From positions 4,448,001 to 4,512,000 of the forward strand of contig OY762209.1 in NCBI GenBank assembly GCA_963665295.1: a DNA stretch of 64,000 nucleotides, in the 5' to 3' direction. Position numbers and translations under genes: made by a program. Origin of the DNA: Syntrophorhabdaceae bacterium (GTDB taxonomy: Bacteria > Desulfobacterota > Syntrophorhabdia > Syntrophorhabdales > Syntrophorhabdaceae). Position 1 is the stretch's first letter. Each line of letters begins with the position of its first letter. This document shows positions 1 through 9,258 of the stretch, piece by piece. The notes beneath the pieces are model-generated. The model saw only the letters and a list, made by a program, of their open reading frames with translations, did no database searches and had not been told where the DNA came from.

Positions 1-2
1 TC

Positions 3-938
3 ATTCTGGGTGAACGGATATCGTTCAGGGAAGGGATGGTGCTGACTGCCGCCGTCTTCACGCTGTATAACGTGGTAGGAGGTTTCGTCGCCACCGCATA
101 CACAAATCTGGTCCATATCTGCGCCATCTTCCTGGGTATATTCCTTGGGGGCTTTTACGTCATATTCAATACCGGATCTCTCGCCCGGATGGCTGTCGAC
201 ACCGGTGTCTTTCACCCCTTCGGGGATCTCGGGTTAGCCCAGGCCTTGAGTTGGGCTTATATCAACCTTACACTGGGAGTCCTTGCTCAGCCTGTAATCA
301 ACACGGCTTCCTCCGCAAAGACTCTTTCCGATGGAAGAAAGGGGATTCTTATAGGTAATTTTATCGCCATCCCCGTGGTGGTCATGGCAGCCCTCTGCGG
401 CATTGCGGCAAAGGACCTCTTTCCCTCCATCCCTTCCCTTGCCGCTTTACCCCGGCTCCTGGATGTCATGCCTCCCGCCATAGGCGTCTTCTTTCTTCTT
501 GGAATGTGGGCTCCCCTCATGAGTTCAGGTTCTCCTTTTCTGATGGGTGCCACGACCCTGGCGGTTAAGGGCTACATAGGTCCCGCTTTCAGGATCGAAA
601 ACGATAAAAGACTGCTTCTCGTATCGCGGATAACAACCCTGACGATAGGGGCCCTTTCGCTCTTCCTCGGTCTCTTCGTGAAAGAGATCCTGAGGGAAAT
701 CACTTGGCTCGCCGTCTTTTTGAGCGCAATAGTTTACATCGTATTCGCGGGCTGGGCAGGAAACAGGGTGTCGAGCGCCCACGCCTTTATCGCTCTCCTC
801 GGGACCATAGCGATAGTAGCCGCCTCCTTTGCCTTTGGATTCTACAAGCTCATACACCCCGTCTGGCCGGTTACCGTCTACATCGCGATAGTGACGGCCC
901 CGGACCTCCTCCGGCCCCGGCGGGACAAGGCGAAGTAG
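3..938 (+). CDS. Sodium:solute symporter (SSS) family transporter, 5'-truncated by the window edge
   Basis: The frame is open from position 3. The protein is multi-TM and has SSS-like motifs (YNVVGGFVATAYTNLVH; APLMSSGSPFLMGATTLAVKGY; LLVSRITTL). Confidence 0.8.
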   Translation: MLGERISFREGMVLTAAVFTLYNVVGGFVATAYTNLVHICAIFLGIFLGGFYVIFNTGSLARMAVDTGVFHPFGDLGLAQALSWAYINLTLGVLAQPVINTASSAKTLSDGRKGILIGNFIAIPVVVMAALCGIAAKDLFPSIPSLAALPRLLDVMPPAIGVFFLLGMWAPLMSSGSPFLMGATTLAVKGYIGPAFRIENDKRLLLVSRITTLTIGALSLFLGLFVKEILREITWLAVFLSAIVYIVFAGWAGNRVSSAHAFIALLGTIAIVAASFAFGFYKLIHPVWPVTVYIAIVTAPDLLRPRRDKAK

Positions 939-1125
939 AATCAGCCCTCCGGCCCGGCCTTCCCGGACCGAGGCTTGCTCGATGGAGGCGCGGATACGCC
1001 CTGCCGTGATGTGGCATAATTTTCCTCAGTAGGAATTATTTTCCCATATAGACCCATATACGGCTCTGTGGCCCAGGGACCGATCCCCGTGAAATCATGT
1101 GATTATGTGCGCCCCCGGCAGCTTA

Positions 1126-1141
1126 CGGCATAGGGGTTGCA
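1126..1141 (+). promoter_or_regulatory. sigma54 (-24/-12) promoter
   Basis: CGGCATAGGGGTTGCA is GG-N10-GC with TTGC at -12, about 70 nt upstream of the EF-hand ATG. Paired GG-ATAATTTTCC / GGAATTATTTTCC motifs at ~1013-1045 resemble an enhancer (UAS). Confidence 0.7.
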
Positions 1142-1212
1142 ACAAATCACGGTTGGAAGGGGCGAGCCAAGACCTACCTCTATCAAACTTCAATCGTTGA
1201 AAGGAGGTCAGT

Positions 1213-1956
1213 ATGATCAGCAGCATCGGCAGCAACAGCAGTTCACTCTATGAGTACCTAATGCAGTTGAGGGCGTCCGGTTCATCAACGTCATCAACGT
1301 CATCCACATCAACGACGGACGATCTTTTCAGCAAGATCGATACGAGCGGAGACGGGACGGTAAGCGAAGACGAGTTCAACACGTTCCGGTCGGAAATGGA
1401 AGCCCAGTTTAAGAACTCCGTAATGACATCGAAGTACGATTCCACGGGAGCCGCCACCTCAACCGACGATCTTTTCAGTAAGGTCGACTCGGACGGGGAC
1501 GGCACGGTAAGCGAAGACGAGTTCGGTATGTTCCGGTCGGCCATGGAATCCCACGGAGCTCCTCCTCCACCGCCGCCGCCGGACTCTTCGGCCTCATCCT
1601 CGTCAAGTTCGTCCATCGACGACCTTTTCGGCAAGATCGATACGGATGGGGACGGCACGGTAAGCGAGGACGAGTTCGGCACCTTCCTCGCCGGCATGGA
1701 GGCTGCAATTGAAAACGTCCTGCTTCAGGGTCAGGACAGTACAAGCATCGATTCCGACACATCCGTCGGCAGCACCGCCGAAGCCGCTTCGTCGGCAACA
1801 AGCGTCAGTACGGCCGCAACAGATTCAACGTCGGACCAGACGGACGGCGCAAGCCTTTTCGCGTCCCTTATTATGGAAGCAATAACCAAGTATATGACCT
1901 TCTCGCAGCCGCAGCAGGGTTCAACGTCTACAGGTCAGATAAGTGTAGCGGCTTAA
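1213..1956 (+). CDS. Ser/Thr-rich protein with three EF-hand Ca2+-binding repeats (XopAW-like)
   Basis: AAGGAGG RBS; three repeats of DDLFxKxDxxGDGTVSEDEF; poly-Pro/Ser linkers; no Sec signal peptide. Confidence 0.9.
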   Translation: MISSIGSNSSSLYEYLMQLRASGSSTSSTSSTSTTDDLFSKIDTSGDGTVSEDEFNTFRSEMEAQFKNSVMTSKYDSTGAATSTDDLFSKVDSDGDGTVSEDEFGMFRSAMESHGAPPPPPPPDSSASSSSSSSIDDLFGKIDTDGDGTVSEDEFGTFLAGMEAAIENVLLQGQDSTSIDSDTSVGSTAEAASSATSVSTAATDSTSDQTDGASLFASLIMEAITKYMTFSQPQQGSTSTGQISVAA

Positions 1957-2001
1957 TGAATTATGCATCTTTTGAGAGAGGAGCATCCCGTCCCGGCAAT
2001 C

Positions 2002-2081
2002 GGGAGTGAGCAAGGCTTCATCTCTCGTATCAGAATCACCTGGCGTGGCATAGAGACTTGAGGTGGACCGGCTCGCCCCCC
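2002..2081 (+). repeat. Structured non-coding hairpin element, copy 1 (candidate sRNA)
   Basis: Shares TCAGAATCACCTGGCGTGGCAT...GACTTGAGGTGGACCGGyTCGCCCCC with copy 2 (4 mismatches in ~51 nt). Folds by eye into a long rod. Confidence 0.75.
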
Positions 2082-2298
2082 AAACCTCCTTGAAACGCCG
2101 CCTTTCCCCATCGTCGACCTCCCGTATCCGGATTGCGTAAAGAATTGAAGGGCATCTTTGCTCAGTCATTCATCCCGCCGCGACGCCTCGGCGATCACCT
2201 TCCCAAATTTTCGCAGAAAAGGGCAATTCCGTATTTCATCCCGGTATTCACGATCGGTTGTAACCTTTAGGGGATTCTTCGCGACTATGTAGCAAGAA

Positions 2299-2375
2299 GG
2301 GGGCGATCGCTTCACTCTCCTGTGTCAGAATCACCTGGCGTGGCATCTGGACTTGAGGTGGACCGGTTCGCCCCC
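2299..2375 (+). repeat. Structured non-coding hairpin element, copy 2 (candidate sRNA)
   Basis: GGGGGCGA...TCGCCCCC closing stem and the same GAATCACCTGGCG loop as copy 1. Confidence 0.75.
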
Positions 2376-2577
2376 AAAATTACCGTGACAGCTTCGTCTT
2401 ACCACAGTATACCATAATGCCCGTCTTTCGTTCACAAATATTCGCATCGATCGTAAATAACGATGGGGCGCATACAAAACAAGGACCGCGGCAGCACGAC
2501 CGGACCGTTCTCCACCGATCCTCCCCCGGAAAAGAAGGATTGCCCGGGTATGGGCGACGCCGTCCCGGAGGGTGACG

Positions 2578-3291
2578 TTACTCCTTTTCCACGGGAAAAG
2601 TCAGACTCGCGCCAAACCACCCGATGACCGAGACCATAGCGGACAAGGAAAATACCAGTATGAGGTAGATTCCGCTCGAAAACCTCAGGTCCAGAAGAAT
2701 ATCGGGGACTGCGACGCGCCACACAAGGACGACAATGTTGACACCCAGGAGGGCCATTGAAAGCCGTTGTTTGATGGCTACGGGTCTCATGGGCCTTGCC
2801 CTATAGTTGAGCCACCATGTGTAGTAGCCTGTGGCCATAGCTACGGGAGTGAAGGCAAGCCCTGCCCCGAGGCAATTCAAAGCTGTCACTTCGAAACCCG
2901 GGACACGGGTGAACAGGAAAAGTAAAGTAAACAGGCCGGCGGAAAACATAAACACGATGGGGAAGTGGACCGTCATGGGGTGCGGATGACGTTTCAATAC
3001 GGGATATTGCCTAAGCAGTCTTGACAGCGAAGGGGGGACCTGTCTCTCACTTTCCTGTCCCTTTTTCAAAGTGCCCACTTGCGGGTACCGATCGAGCATC
3101 TCAGGCCCGTGGGGAGCCGCGGAAATGTCCGCGGTCAGGTCAGCGCCCCCATGGTGACGCTGCATATGGAAACCACCGGTCCACAGACGGCTGCCACTCA
3201 CGTCAAAGACCCTATTCCCGTGGGCCACGTACACAGGCTTTCCGTTCTTACCGTCGGCTTCCGCAAGCTCCTCAGGAGTGATTTCTTTCAT
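2578..3291 (-). CDS. Cytochrome b5-like heme-binding domain fused to a DUF2231-type membrane domain
   Basis: N-terminal ITPEELAEADGKNGKPVYVA..VFDVS..W..G.H..RH.GG.DLT..APHG is a cytochrome b5 fold. C-terminal HPMTVHFPI is followed by four TM helices. Confidence 0.85.
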   Translation of the reverse strand: MKEITPEELAEADGKNGKPVYVAHGNRVFDVSGSRLWTGGFHMQRHHGGADLTADISAAPHGPEMLDRYPQVGTLKKGQESERQVPPSLSRLLRQYPVLKRHPHPMTVHFPIVFMFSAGLFTLLFLFTRVPGFEVTALNCLGAGLAFTPVAMATGYYTWWLNYRARPMRPVAIKQRLSMALLGVNIVVLVWRVAVPDILLDLRFSSGIYLILVFSLSAMVSVIGWFGASLTFPVEKE

Positions 3292-3315
3292 CAACGGCTC
3301 TCTCCGAAGCAGGGG

Positions 3316-4269
3316 TCAGACCATGACCCTGATGACTGCCGCGGCAAGCAGAACGGCAGGGTAATAGCTGGCCCTGTTAAAAAGGTACAAGGCCCGGCAC
3401 CGGGCCCCCTCCTTTAGAAGGCGATACGCGGGCACTATGAGGAGATAGATCCCTGTGGCCAGCGACGCGCCAGTGTAAAAGACACGTCCCCCCTCATCCC
3501 GGCTGAAACCGGCGAGGACCCCGCTCAGAACCACGGTCATGAGAAGGCACGCAAAAACCATTGAAGCAGCGTGCGACGGCCTGAAGCATACCGGAATCGT
3601 TTTCGCCCGCATCGATCGGTCTTCCTCGATGTCGGTCCAGTCGGCAGGAATGTTCTGGCCGCCTATTTCCCAGAAAAAGAGCCACAGAAACAACATGACC
3701 AGAAATGTTATGGAGGGGTGGTGGTCCACTGCAAAAACCGCGGCTACGCCACCGGAAGTCTTCACCGCCCCGCTTACGAGGGTCCTCAGACAACTCGTTC
3801 TCCACATGAGACAATATGCCCCTTCGAGAAGACAGGCTACCACAAAAATAACGACACAGACCGGATTCAGAAGGTAGGCGCCTATAAGAGCGACGAATGT
3901 CCACGCTAATGCCCACGCCAACGCCTCCTTGAAGCTAAGAAGGTTGTAGGCCATGGGGTGCCGGACCAGGACGGCATCCAGATAGTCTTCTGTATCCTGA
4001 AATCCCCCTTGATCCCGCTTGAGTTTGTCCACACGATAGTCCATCAGGTCGTTCAGAGCATAGACTGCCGTATAACCCGCAAAGGCTGTTATGAAGCCCA
4101 ACAACACAGTTCTCAGAGGAGGGAACGCCCCGTACCAGAGCAGGGCCGCAAGGGCAGGCGTAGCCATATCCAGCAAACCATGAGGGGTTCTTGAAAGGGC
4201 AAAGAAAAGTCCTATGTGAGACAGGACCGAGTGATGTCTCTCTAAAGGCACTACGTTCACGATTCTCAC
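3316..4269 (-). CDS. UbiA-family prenyltransferase
   Basis: NDLMDYRVD and DWTDIEED Asp-rich motifs, RHP motif, multi-TM. The start may be the GTG at 4260. Confidence 0.85.
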   Translation of the reverse strand: MRIVNVVPLERHHSVLSHIGLFFALSRTPHGLLDMATPALAALLWYGAFPPLRTVLLGFITAFAGYTAVYALNDLMDYRVDKLKRDQGGFQDTEDYLDAVLVRHPMAYNLLSFKEALAWALAWTFVALIGAYLLNPVCVVIFVVACLLEGAYCLMWRTSCLRTLVSGAVKTSGGVAAVFAVDHHPSITFLVMLFLWLFFWEIGGQNIPADWTDIEEDRSMRAKTIPVCFRPSHAASMVFACLLMTVVLSGVLAGFSRDEGGRVFYTGASLATGIYLLIVPAYRLLKEGARCRALYLFNRASYYPAVLLAAAVIRVMV

Positions 4270-4388
4270 TCCCTGCTGAAGAGATCACAGGTCCTTCCGC
4301 ATAACCCCTATTCCTGGGGCCGGCGAAAGCGCTTATCCCGGCCCCCGCGCGGCTCACAGCCGACTGCCCGGGGTCAGACCTTAGCGAG

Positions 4389-4417
4389 AACATAAGAACT
4401 CCCATTTACCATGTCAA
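4389..4417 (-). promoter_or_regulatory. sigma70-type promoter for ubiA and the cytochrome b5 gene
   Basis: Minus strand reads TTGACA-17 nt-TATGTT. Confidence 0.6.
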
Positions 4418-4583
4418 GCAGGGGGTTGAGTGACAATTATCCATGATCGGGCCGGGACGAGAGGTGACGCGACAAGATCATCGTCTCTAAGTCCCGCCGG
4501 AACGGGACAGGGCACTTCGGGGGTGAGGTATCTTCACGACATTTCACCGGATATGGGATTAACCCGGGACTTCTCCCCGGTTA

Positions 4584-5540
4584 CTACTTATCACGCACCT
4601 TCTTCTCCCGGTTTTGGGCATAGGCGTCACGCATCGCCACATAGGGATCGATCGCCATACCTTTGAACGTCTCGTAATCTCCGATATGAAAGGAAGTGTC
4701 GTTTACCATGTAGTGAGCGTAAAGAATAACGCTCAGAGGGTTAATGAGTGAGTCTTTCGCGCTTTCCGGCCATATTACGTAGGCTGTGGGCACGAGATAC
4801 CAGTTTCCGACAAAACCTACTGAGTCCCGCGCGCTGTTGGGACCAAGGAAGGGCCATACGATATAGAAACCCTGTCCCACGCCATACTTTCCCAGAGTCT
4901 GACCGAAATCCGCATCGCGGCCGGTCACCCCGAAACACTCTTTCGCGCAATCCCTGAGACCGCCCACTCCCACGGTGGAGTTAATAACGAAACGGGCCAA
5001 TTCAAGTCCTGCGTACCCTGGCTTACCTTGCAGGAGGTTGTTCACAATGCGAATGGGCGCCCTGAGGTTTATATAAAAATTGTTGATAAGACCTCTTATG
5101 TCTTCGGGCAGGATATACCCGTAACCTTGAGCAACCGGCTTCAGCGCCCAGAAGTAAAGTTTGTCGTTAAAATGGTACATTGCCCTGTTCCAGGGCTCGA
5201 TGGGATCGGCGATGCGCGGCCCCTCTGCGGGCCCCGCTTCTTCCTCGGAGACATTTCCGAACTCGTCGGAAGGCTTCCCCCCCACATCTTTCTCCGTCAC
5301 GTCGCCGAATTCATCCGTGGGCTTCCCGCCTCCGGCAGCCTGAGCAAGTCTCGTCTCTGCCGCGGGCTGTTCGACTTGCGTGGATTCGGCGCCTTTCGTC
5401 ACCGCCGGACCCGGGCCGGTCTCTATCGCAGAGACTGCGGGAGGACTCCACAGGAGAGCAGACAACAAAAAGACCAGCGCTCCTCCTAAAAGTGTGGGTT
5501 TCCTCAGGTTCCGACGATGCAGGAGCCCACCACGGATCAT
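4584..5540 (-). CDS. mlaA: VacJ/MlaA family lipid-asymmetry protein
   Basis: DPIEPWNRAMYHFNDKLY, NNLLQGK, RFVINSTVGVGG, DFGQTLGKYG, PFLGP, DPYVAMRDAY motifs. Confidence 0.92.
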   Translation of the reverse strand: MIRGGLLHRRNLRKPTLLGGALVFLLSALLWSPPAVSAIETGPGPAVTKGAESTQVEQPAAETRLAQAAGGGKPTDEFGDVTEKDVGGKPSDEFGNVSEEEAGPAEGPRIADPIEPWNRAMYHFNDKLYFWALKPVAQGYGYILPEDIRGLINNFYINLRAPIRIVNNLLQGKPGYAGLELARFVINSTVGVGGLRDCAKECFGVTGRDADFGQTLGKYGVGQGFYIVWPFLGPNSARDSVGFVGNWYLVPTAYVIWPESAKDSLINPLSVILYAHYMVNDTSFHIGDYETFKGMAIDPYVAMRDAYAQNREKKVRDK

Positions 5541-6130
5541 TTCTTTCCCACCTTCCTGCGCAAAGTATCGATCAGGGTAGCGGGGGGATTGTTTCCCAGT
5601 ATTTCACGAAATTGGGTACGGTAATTATTGATGAGGCTTACGCCTTCTATCACCACATCAAACACTTTCCAGTCGTTTTCCTTCTTCATTACCCTGTAGT
5701 AGATCGATACTTCGCTGCCCTTTGTGATCACCGTACTCTGGACCTCCACCTGGGTCTCGGTAATCGGCACCTCTTTGGTGAAATTGACCTGTTCGTTGGT
5801 GTAGGCGGTAATCTTATCAACATATGCGTCCTTGAGAATCTTCTTGTAAAGGTCGACGAATTCCTTTCTCTGTTCCGGGGTAAACTTGTTCCAGTTCATC
5901 CCCAGGGTCCTCTTTGAAAGTTCCACGAAGTCGAAAAGCTTCTCCGCAGCCGCCTCCACCCGTTGCTCCTTGACTTTCTTTCCGCTCTCGCCCTTAAGTT
6001 TGGGATCGCGCAGCACATCAAGCACGCCGTTTACGTTCACCTTCACCGTGTCGAGTGGGGTTCCGGCAAATGCAATCGCCGACATTATCAACAGGACAAA
6101 AATACTTGCAAGAATCGACCATTTCTTCAT
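5537..6130 (-). CDS. mlaC: MlaC/Ttg2D phospholipid-binding periplasmic protein
   Basis: Signal peptide; WKVFDVVIEGVSLINNYRTQF motif. Confidence 0.92.
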   Translation of the reverse strand: MKKWSILASIFVLLIMSAIAFAGTPLDTVKVNVNGVLDVLRDPKLKGESGKKVKEQRVEAAAEKLFDFVELSKRTLGMNWNKFTPEQRKEFVDLYKKILKDAYVDKITAYTNEQVNFTKEVPITETQVEVQSTVITKGSEVSIYYRVMKKENDWKVFDVVIEGVSLINNYRTQFREILGNNPPATLIDTLRRKVGKK

Positions 6131-6149
6131 GAATCTGCTCCTTCCCCGA

Positions 6150-6635
6150 TCAGTTGGCGGGTTTTTCAGGGGATTTCCCCGGTTCTTTCTTCACGTCTCC
6201 AAAGGCAACCTTGCCTATAAGGTCTTCGATGTCGGTGGGCACGGATGTCTGAGTAATCATGGCGCCCGACTTCAGAAGGTCGCCCGCTCCGCCCGGGTCT
6301 ACCTTTACATACTTGTCGCCAATGAGACCTGCGGTCTTTATGGTTGCCGACCCGTCGTCATATACCTTCGTGCCCTTCTTGACCTGCATCTCCACGAGCG
6401 CCATCTGACGGTCCGTATCTATCCCGAGGCCGGTAACCCGGCCCACCTCGATGCCGTAAATATCTACGGAACTGCCGACCCTGAGACCCGAGACGGTGGC
6501 AAACCGGGCACGCAAAGGATAGGTATCCTCCCCGAATACGTGGAGCTTGCCCAGTTTCACCGCCATGTAGCCGACACAGAGAAGCCCGATCACAACAAAA
6601 ACGCCTACAGCCGTTTCCATGGAATATTTCTTCAT
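6150..6635 (-). CDS. mlaD: MlaD MCE-domain protein
   Basis: ETAVGVFV TM segment; F..VSGL.VGS.V...GI.VG.V; TAGLIGDKYV. Confidence 0.93.
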   Translation of the reverse strand: MKKYSMETAVGVFVVIGLLCVGYMAVKLGKLHVFGEDTYPLRARFATVSGLRVGSSVDIYGIEVGRVTGLGIDTDRQMALVEMQVKKGTKVYDDGSATIKTAGLIGDKYVKVDPGGAGDLLKSGAMITQTSVPTDIEDLIGKVAFGDVKKEPGKSPEKPAN

Positions 6636-7882
6636 TATTCATTACCTCCGAAATCACATCGGTGTCTCGCGATGATTTCCTGTTTAGTTTGAGCCTTCTC
6701 TATTATCTGATCGATCTCGTCACCGGCGGTAACTTCTATGATCCCGGCACGGATGTAGACATCGAAACAGACTGACGGGCCTATCCGGGCGCCCGCTATG
6801 CTGTGTATCCGGTCAAGGGCCTCCTCCTCGAGTTCCTCCGCGAAGCCGGCTACCAGTTGCCGCGCTTCCTGAGTATCCGTGTGAGGGAATATGGTGAGAA
6901 TCTGGTCTCTGCTGTGGCGGGTGGAGAAACCCCCGATGGGGCTGAAATGTCTGTTGGTGAACTCACCCAGGGCTCTCAGTACTTCCACCGCTACCTGGGG
7001 GCCGAGGGTCTCGTTCAACAGGTCGAATTCCACGCTGAAAAGTGCGGCGGAAACCGTAGGTTCGGTAGGCGCCGCCCCGAACATGGCTGCATGGTACACG
7101 CGGAACGACTCCCTCGAAAGAAGTCCGGTCAGTTCATCCTGAAACCCCTCCAGACTGCGCAGAAATTCATCAATGAGAGGCAGCTTGGCCTTAATGGCCT
7201 CCTCGTAGGTTCCCTCGAAACCGACGGAGCCTTCCCAGAGTATGACAAGTCGGTCCGAAATGAAAAAAATATCGGGTATGTCATGGCTGATTATTACCGC
7301 CGTGAAGCCGAACTTCCGCCTCGCATGGGCAATCATGCTCAGAATCATGTTCTTCCTGATAGGGTCCTGACCGGTAGTGGGCTCATCGAAGAGGACTATC
7401 TTCGGGTCGGTCACCAGGGCGCGGGCCAATGCCACTCGCTTCTGCATTCCGCCGGAAAGCTCGGAAGGGTACCTGTGGGACGCCTCGGAAAGCTCCAGGT
7501 CTTCGATCCTTTTCGACACCATGCTCTCTATTTCTTTCTTGCCGAGGGTCGTGGTTTGCCTGAGAGGAAGGGCGACATTCTCGAAGACCGTCATAGAGTC
7601 AAGGAGCGCATTGTTCTGGAAGAGATAGGCAATGGCACACCTGTACTCCTCGTTTTGCGTCTTGCTCATCTTGCGCACCGGAACTCCCTGAAAGAGAATC
7701 TCGCCTTCGTCCGGCTGAAGTAAGCCGATGATGTGTTTGAGGAATACGCTCTTTCCTGTGCCGCTCTTCCCTATTATCGTGGTAATCTGATTTTCATATA
7801 TCCTGACATTTACGTCCTTGAGTACGGTTTTACCGCCAAACCCTTTCGTGACGTTCCGGAATTCTATTAACGGCGTATCCAT
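6635..7882 (-). CDS. mlaF: MlaF-type ABC ATPase with a C-terminal degenerate GGDEF domain
   Basis: Walker A GKSGTGKS, LSGGMQKRVALARA, DEPTTGQD. The C-terminal ~165 aa begin DELTGLLSR. Start taken at ATG 7882 (MDTPLIEF), not 8041. Confidence 0.88.
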   Translation of the reverse strand: MDTPLIEFRNVTKGFGGKTVLKDVNVRIYENQITTIIGKSGTGKSVFLKHIIGLLQPDEGEILFQGVPVRKMSKTQNEEYRCAIAYLFQNNALLDSMTVFENVALPLRQTTTLGKKEIESMVSKRIEDLELSEASHRYPSELSGGMQKRVALARALVTDPKIVLFDEPTTGQDPIRKNMILSMIAHARRKFGFTAVIISHDIPDIFFISDRLVILWEGSVGFEGTYEEAIKAKLPLIDEFLRSLEGFQDELTGLLSRESFRVYHAAMFGAAPTEPTVSAALFSVEFDLLNETLGPQVAVEVLRALGEFTNRHFSPIGGFSTRHSRDQILTIFPHTDTQEARQLVAGFAEELEEEALDRIHSIAGARIGPSVCFDVYIRAGIIEVTAGDEIDQIIEKAQTKQEIIARHRCDFGGNE

Positions 7883-7890
7883 CGTCGGCC

Positions 7891-8709
7891 TCACATAAGA
7901 AAAGAAGTTATTACATAATCGGCCACGAGAATCGTGACGCATGAAAGGACGACAGCGGAGATGGTCGCCAGTCCCACTGCCTTGGCGCCGAAGGTACCGG
8001 CCCGCAGGTGACAAAAGTAACCCTGGAAACAGCAAATACATGAAACGATTGCGGCAAATACAAGGGCCTTTATGAACCCGCCGCGGATGTCTACAATGTC
8101 CACTGACGACTGTACGCGGTAAAGGTAGGTCCCCCCATTCGTCCCCAGTAAGAATACGCCCGTAATGTACCCACCAAGTATCCCGATAAGATCGAAAAAG
8201 GCGGTAAGTAGAGGAAAGCTGATGATGGAAGCCGCTATCTTCGGACTCACAATATAGCGGATGGGATCGATCCGCATCGTATAGAGGGCATCAACCTGTT
8301 CCGACATCCGCAGTATCCCTATTTCTGCGGCCATGGCCGAACCCGCCCGGGCAGTGATCATAATGGCGGTGAGAACGGGCCCCAGTTCCCTGATAAGAGA
8401 GAGGGATATGGCCGACCCGAGGGCCCCCACGGAACCGAACTTTACAAGGACATAGAATAGCTGCAATCCAAGCACCATACCGGTGAACAACCCCACGAGC
8501 ATCACGATAAGTGACGAACCCGCGCCGATATGGTACACCTGGTTGATAATCTCGGCAAGCTGCTTTTTCCGGAAAATATTGATAAAACCCTGGAAAAAGA
8601 AGATACTCATGGCGCCCATATCGCCGACCTGGCGGATTACCTCCCTGCCTACCAAGCGGAAAAAGGGTATCACAGGATTGTTCCACTGCGGTAATCCGTT
8701 CTCCTTCAA
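7891..8709 (-). CDS. mlaE: MlaE ABC permease
   Basis: RELGPVLTAIMITARAGSAMAAEIG..RMSEQVDAL..M.IDP motif. Confidence 0.93.
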   Translation of the reverse strand: MKENGLPQWNNPVIPFFRLVGREVIRQVGDMGAMSIFFFQGFINIFRKKQLAEIINQVYHIGAGSSLIVMLVGLFTGMVLGLQLFYVLVKFGSVGALGSAISLSLIRELGPVLTAIMITARAGSAMAAEIGILRMSEQVDALYTMRIDPIRYIVSPKIAASIISFPLLTAFFDLIGILGGYITGVFLLGTNGGTYLYRVQSSVDIVDIRGGFIKALVFAAIVSCICCFQGYFCHLRAGTFGAKAVGLATISAVVLSCVTILVADYVITSFLM

Positions 8710-8841
8710 ATCTTCCCCTCCGTTTATAGCTGCAATTAGAACTCCCGTCAGAATTCGTGTAGATATTCTAAGCTGGAGTTACCCCATTTAGTCAAGACAA
8801 AACAGTAGAGATCGCCCATAATCATCGCCATCCGGACCTTT

Positions 8842-9258
8842 CTACTCCCCAATTATCTTTATCAACACCCGCTTCTTCCGTCGTCCATCGAATTCGCCGT
8901 AAAAAATCTGTTCCCACGGCCCAAAGTCCAGCTTTCCATCCGTAACAGCTACCACCACTTCCCTCCCCATGACCGATCTTTTCAGATGGGCGTCCGCATT
9001 ATCTTCGCCCGTATTGTGTCTGTATTGCGAAATCGGCTCATGGGGCGCCAACCCCTCCAGCCATACTTCGAGGTCGTGAAACAAACCCCGTTCATCATCA
9101 TTAATGAACACGGAGGCCGTGATGTGCATTGCATTGACCAAAATCAGCCCCTCCTTTATCCCGCTTTCCCGGAGGCAGTCTTCCACCTCTCCTGTAATGT
9201 TTACGAACCCAAGTCTCGATGAAACATCAAACCACAATTCTTTCCGGTAACTTTTCAC
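8842..9258 (-). CDS. yjbQ: YjbQ/UPF0047 family protein
   Basis: [37 protein letters not shown] motifs. GTG start follows GGAGG. Confidence 0.9.
   Translation of the reverse strand: MKSYRKELWFDVSSRLGFVNITGEVEDCLRESGIKEGLILVNAMHITASVFINDDERGLFHDLEVWLEGLAPHEPISQYRHNTGEDNADAHLKRSVMGREVVVAVTDGKLDFGPWEQIFYGEFDGRRKKRVLIKIIGE

Noticed and set aside
1953..2111. 52-aa minus-strand ORF with a GGGAGG RBS (MGKGGVSRRFGG...) running antisense through hairpin copy 1, suggesting a type I toxin-antitoxin pair
   Set aside because: The peptide is not hydrophobic and copy 2 has no equivalent RBS or start. Conservation of the repeat is better explained by RNA structure.
2002..2375. Repeat pair read as a CRISPR array, tmRNA ends, attC sites or a ZTP riboswitch
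   Set aside because: Only two copies with a ~220-nt gap and no cas genes; no T-arm or tag ORF; no RYYYAAC/GTTRRRY boxes; no downstream CGCCUGGG pseudoknot partner.
7883..8041. N-terminal extensions in the ORF track for mlaF (8041), gnd (22886), yjbQ (9315), accD (50000), the anchor protein (51662) and slt (54513)
   Set aside because: They overlap neighbouring genes or promoters, or lack an RBS; downstream starts match the domain boundaries better.
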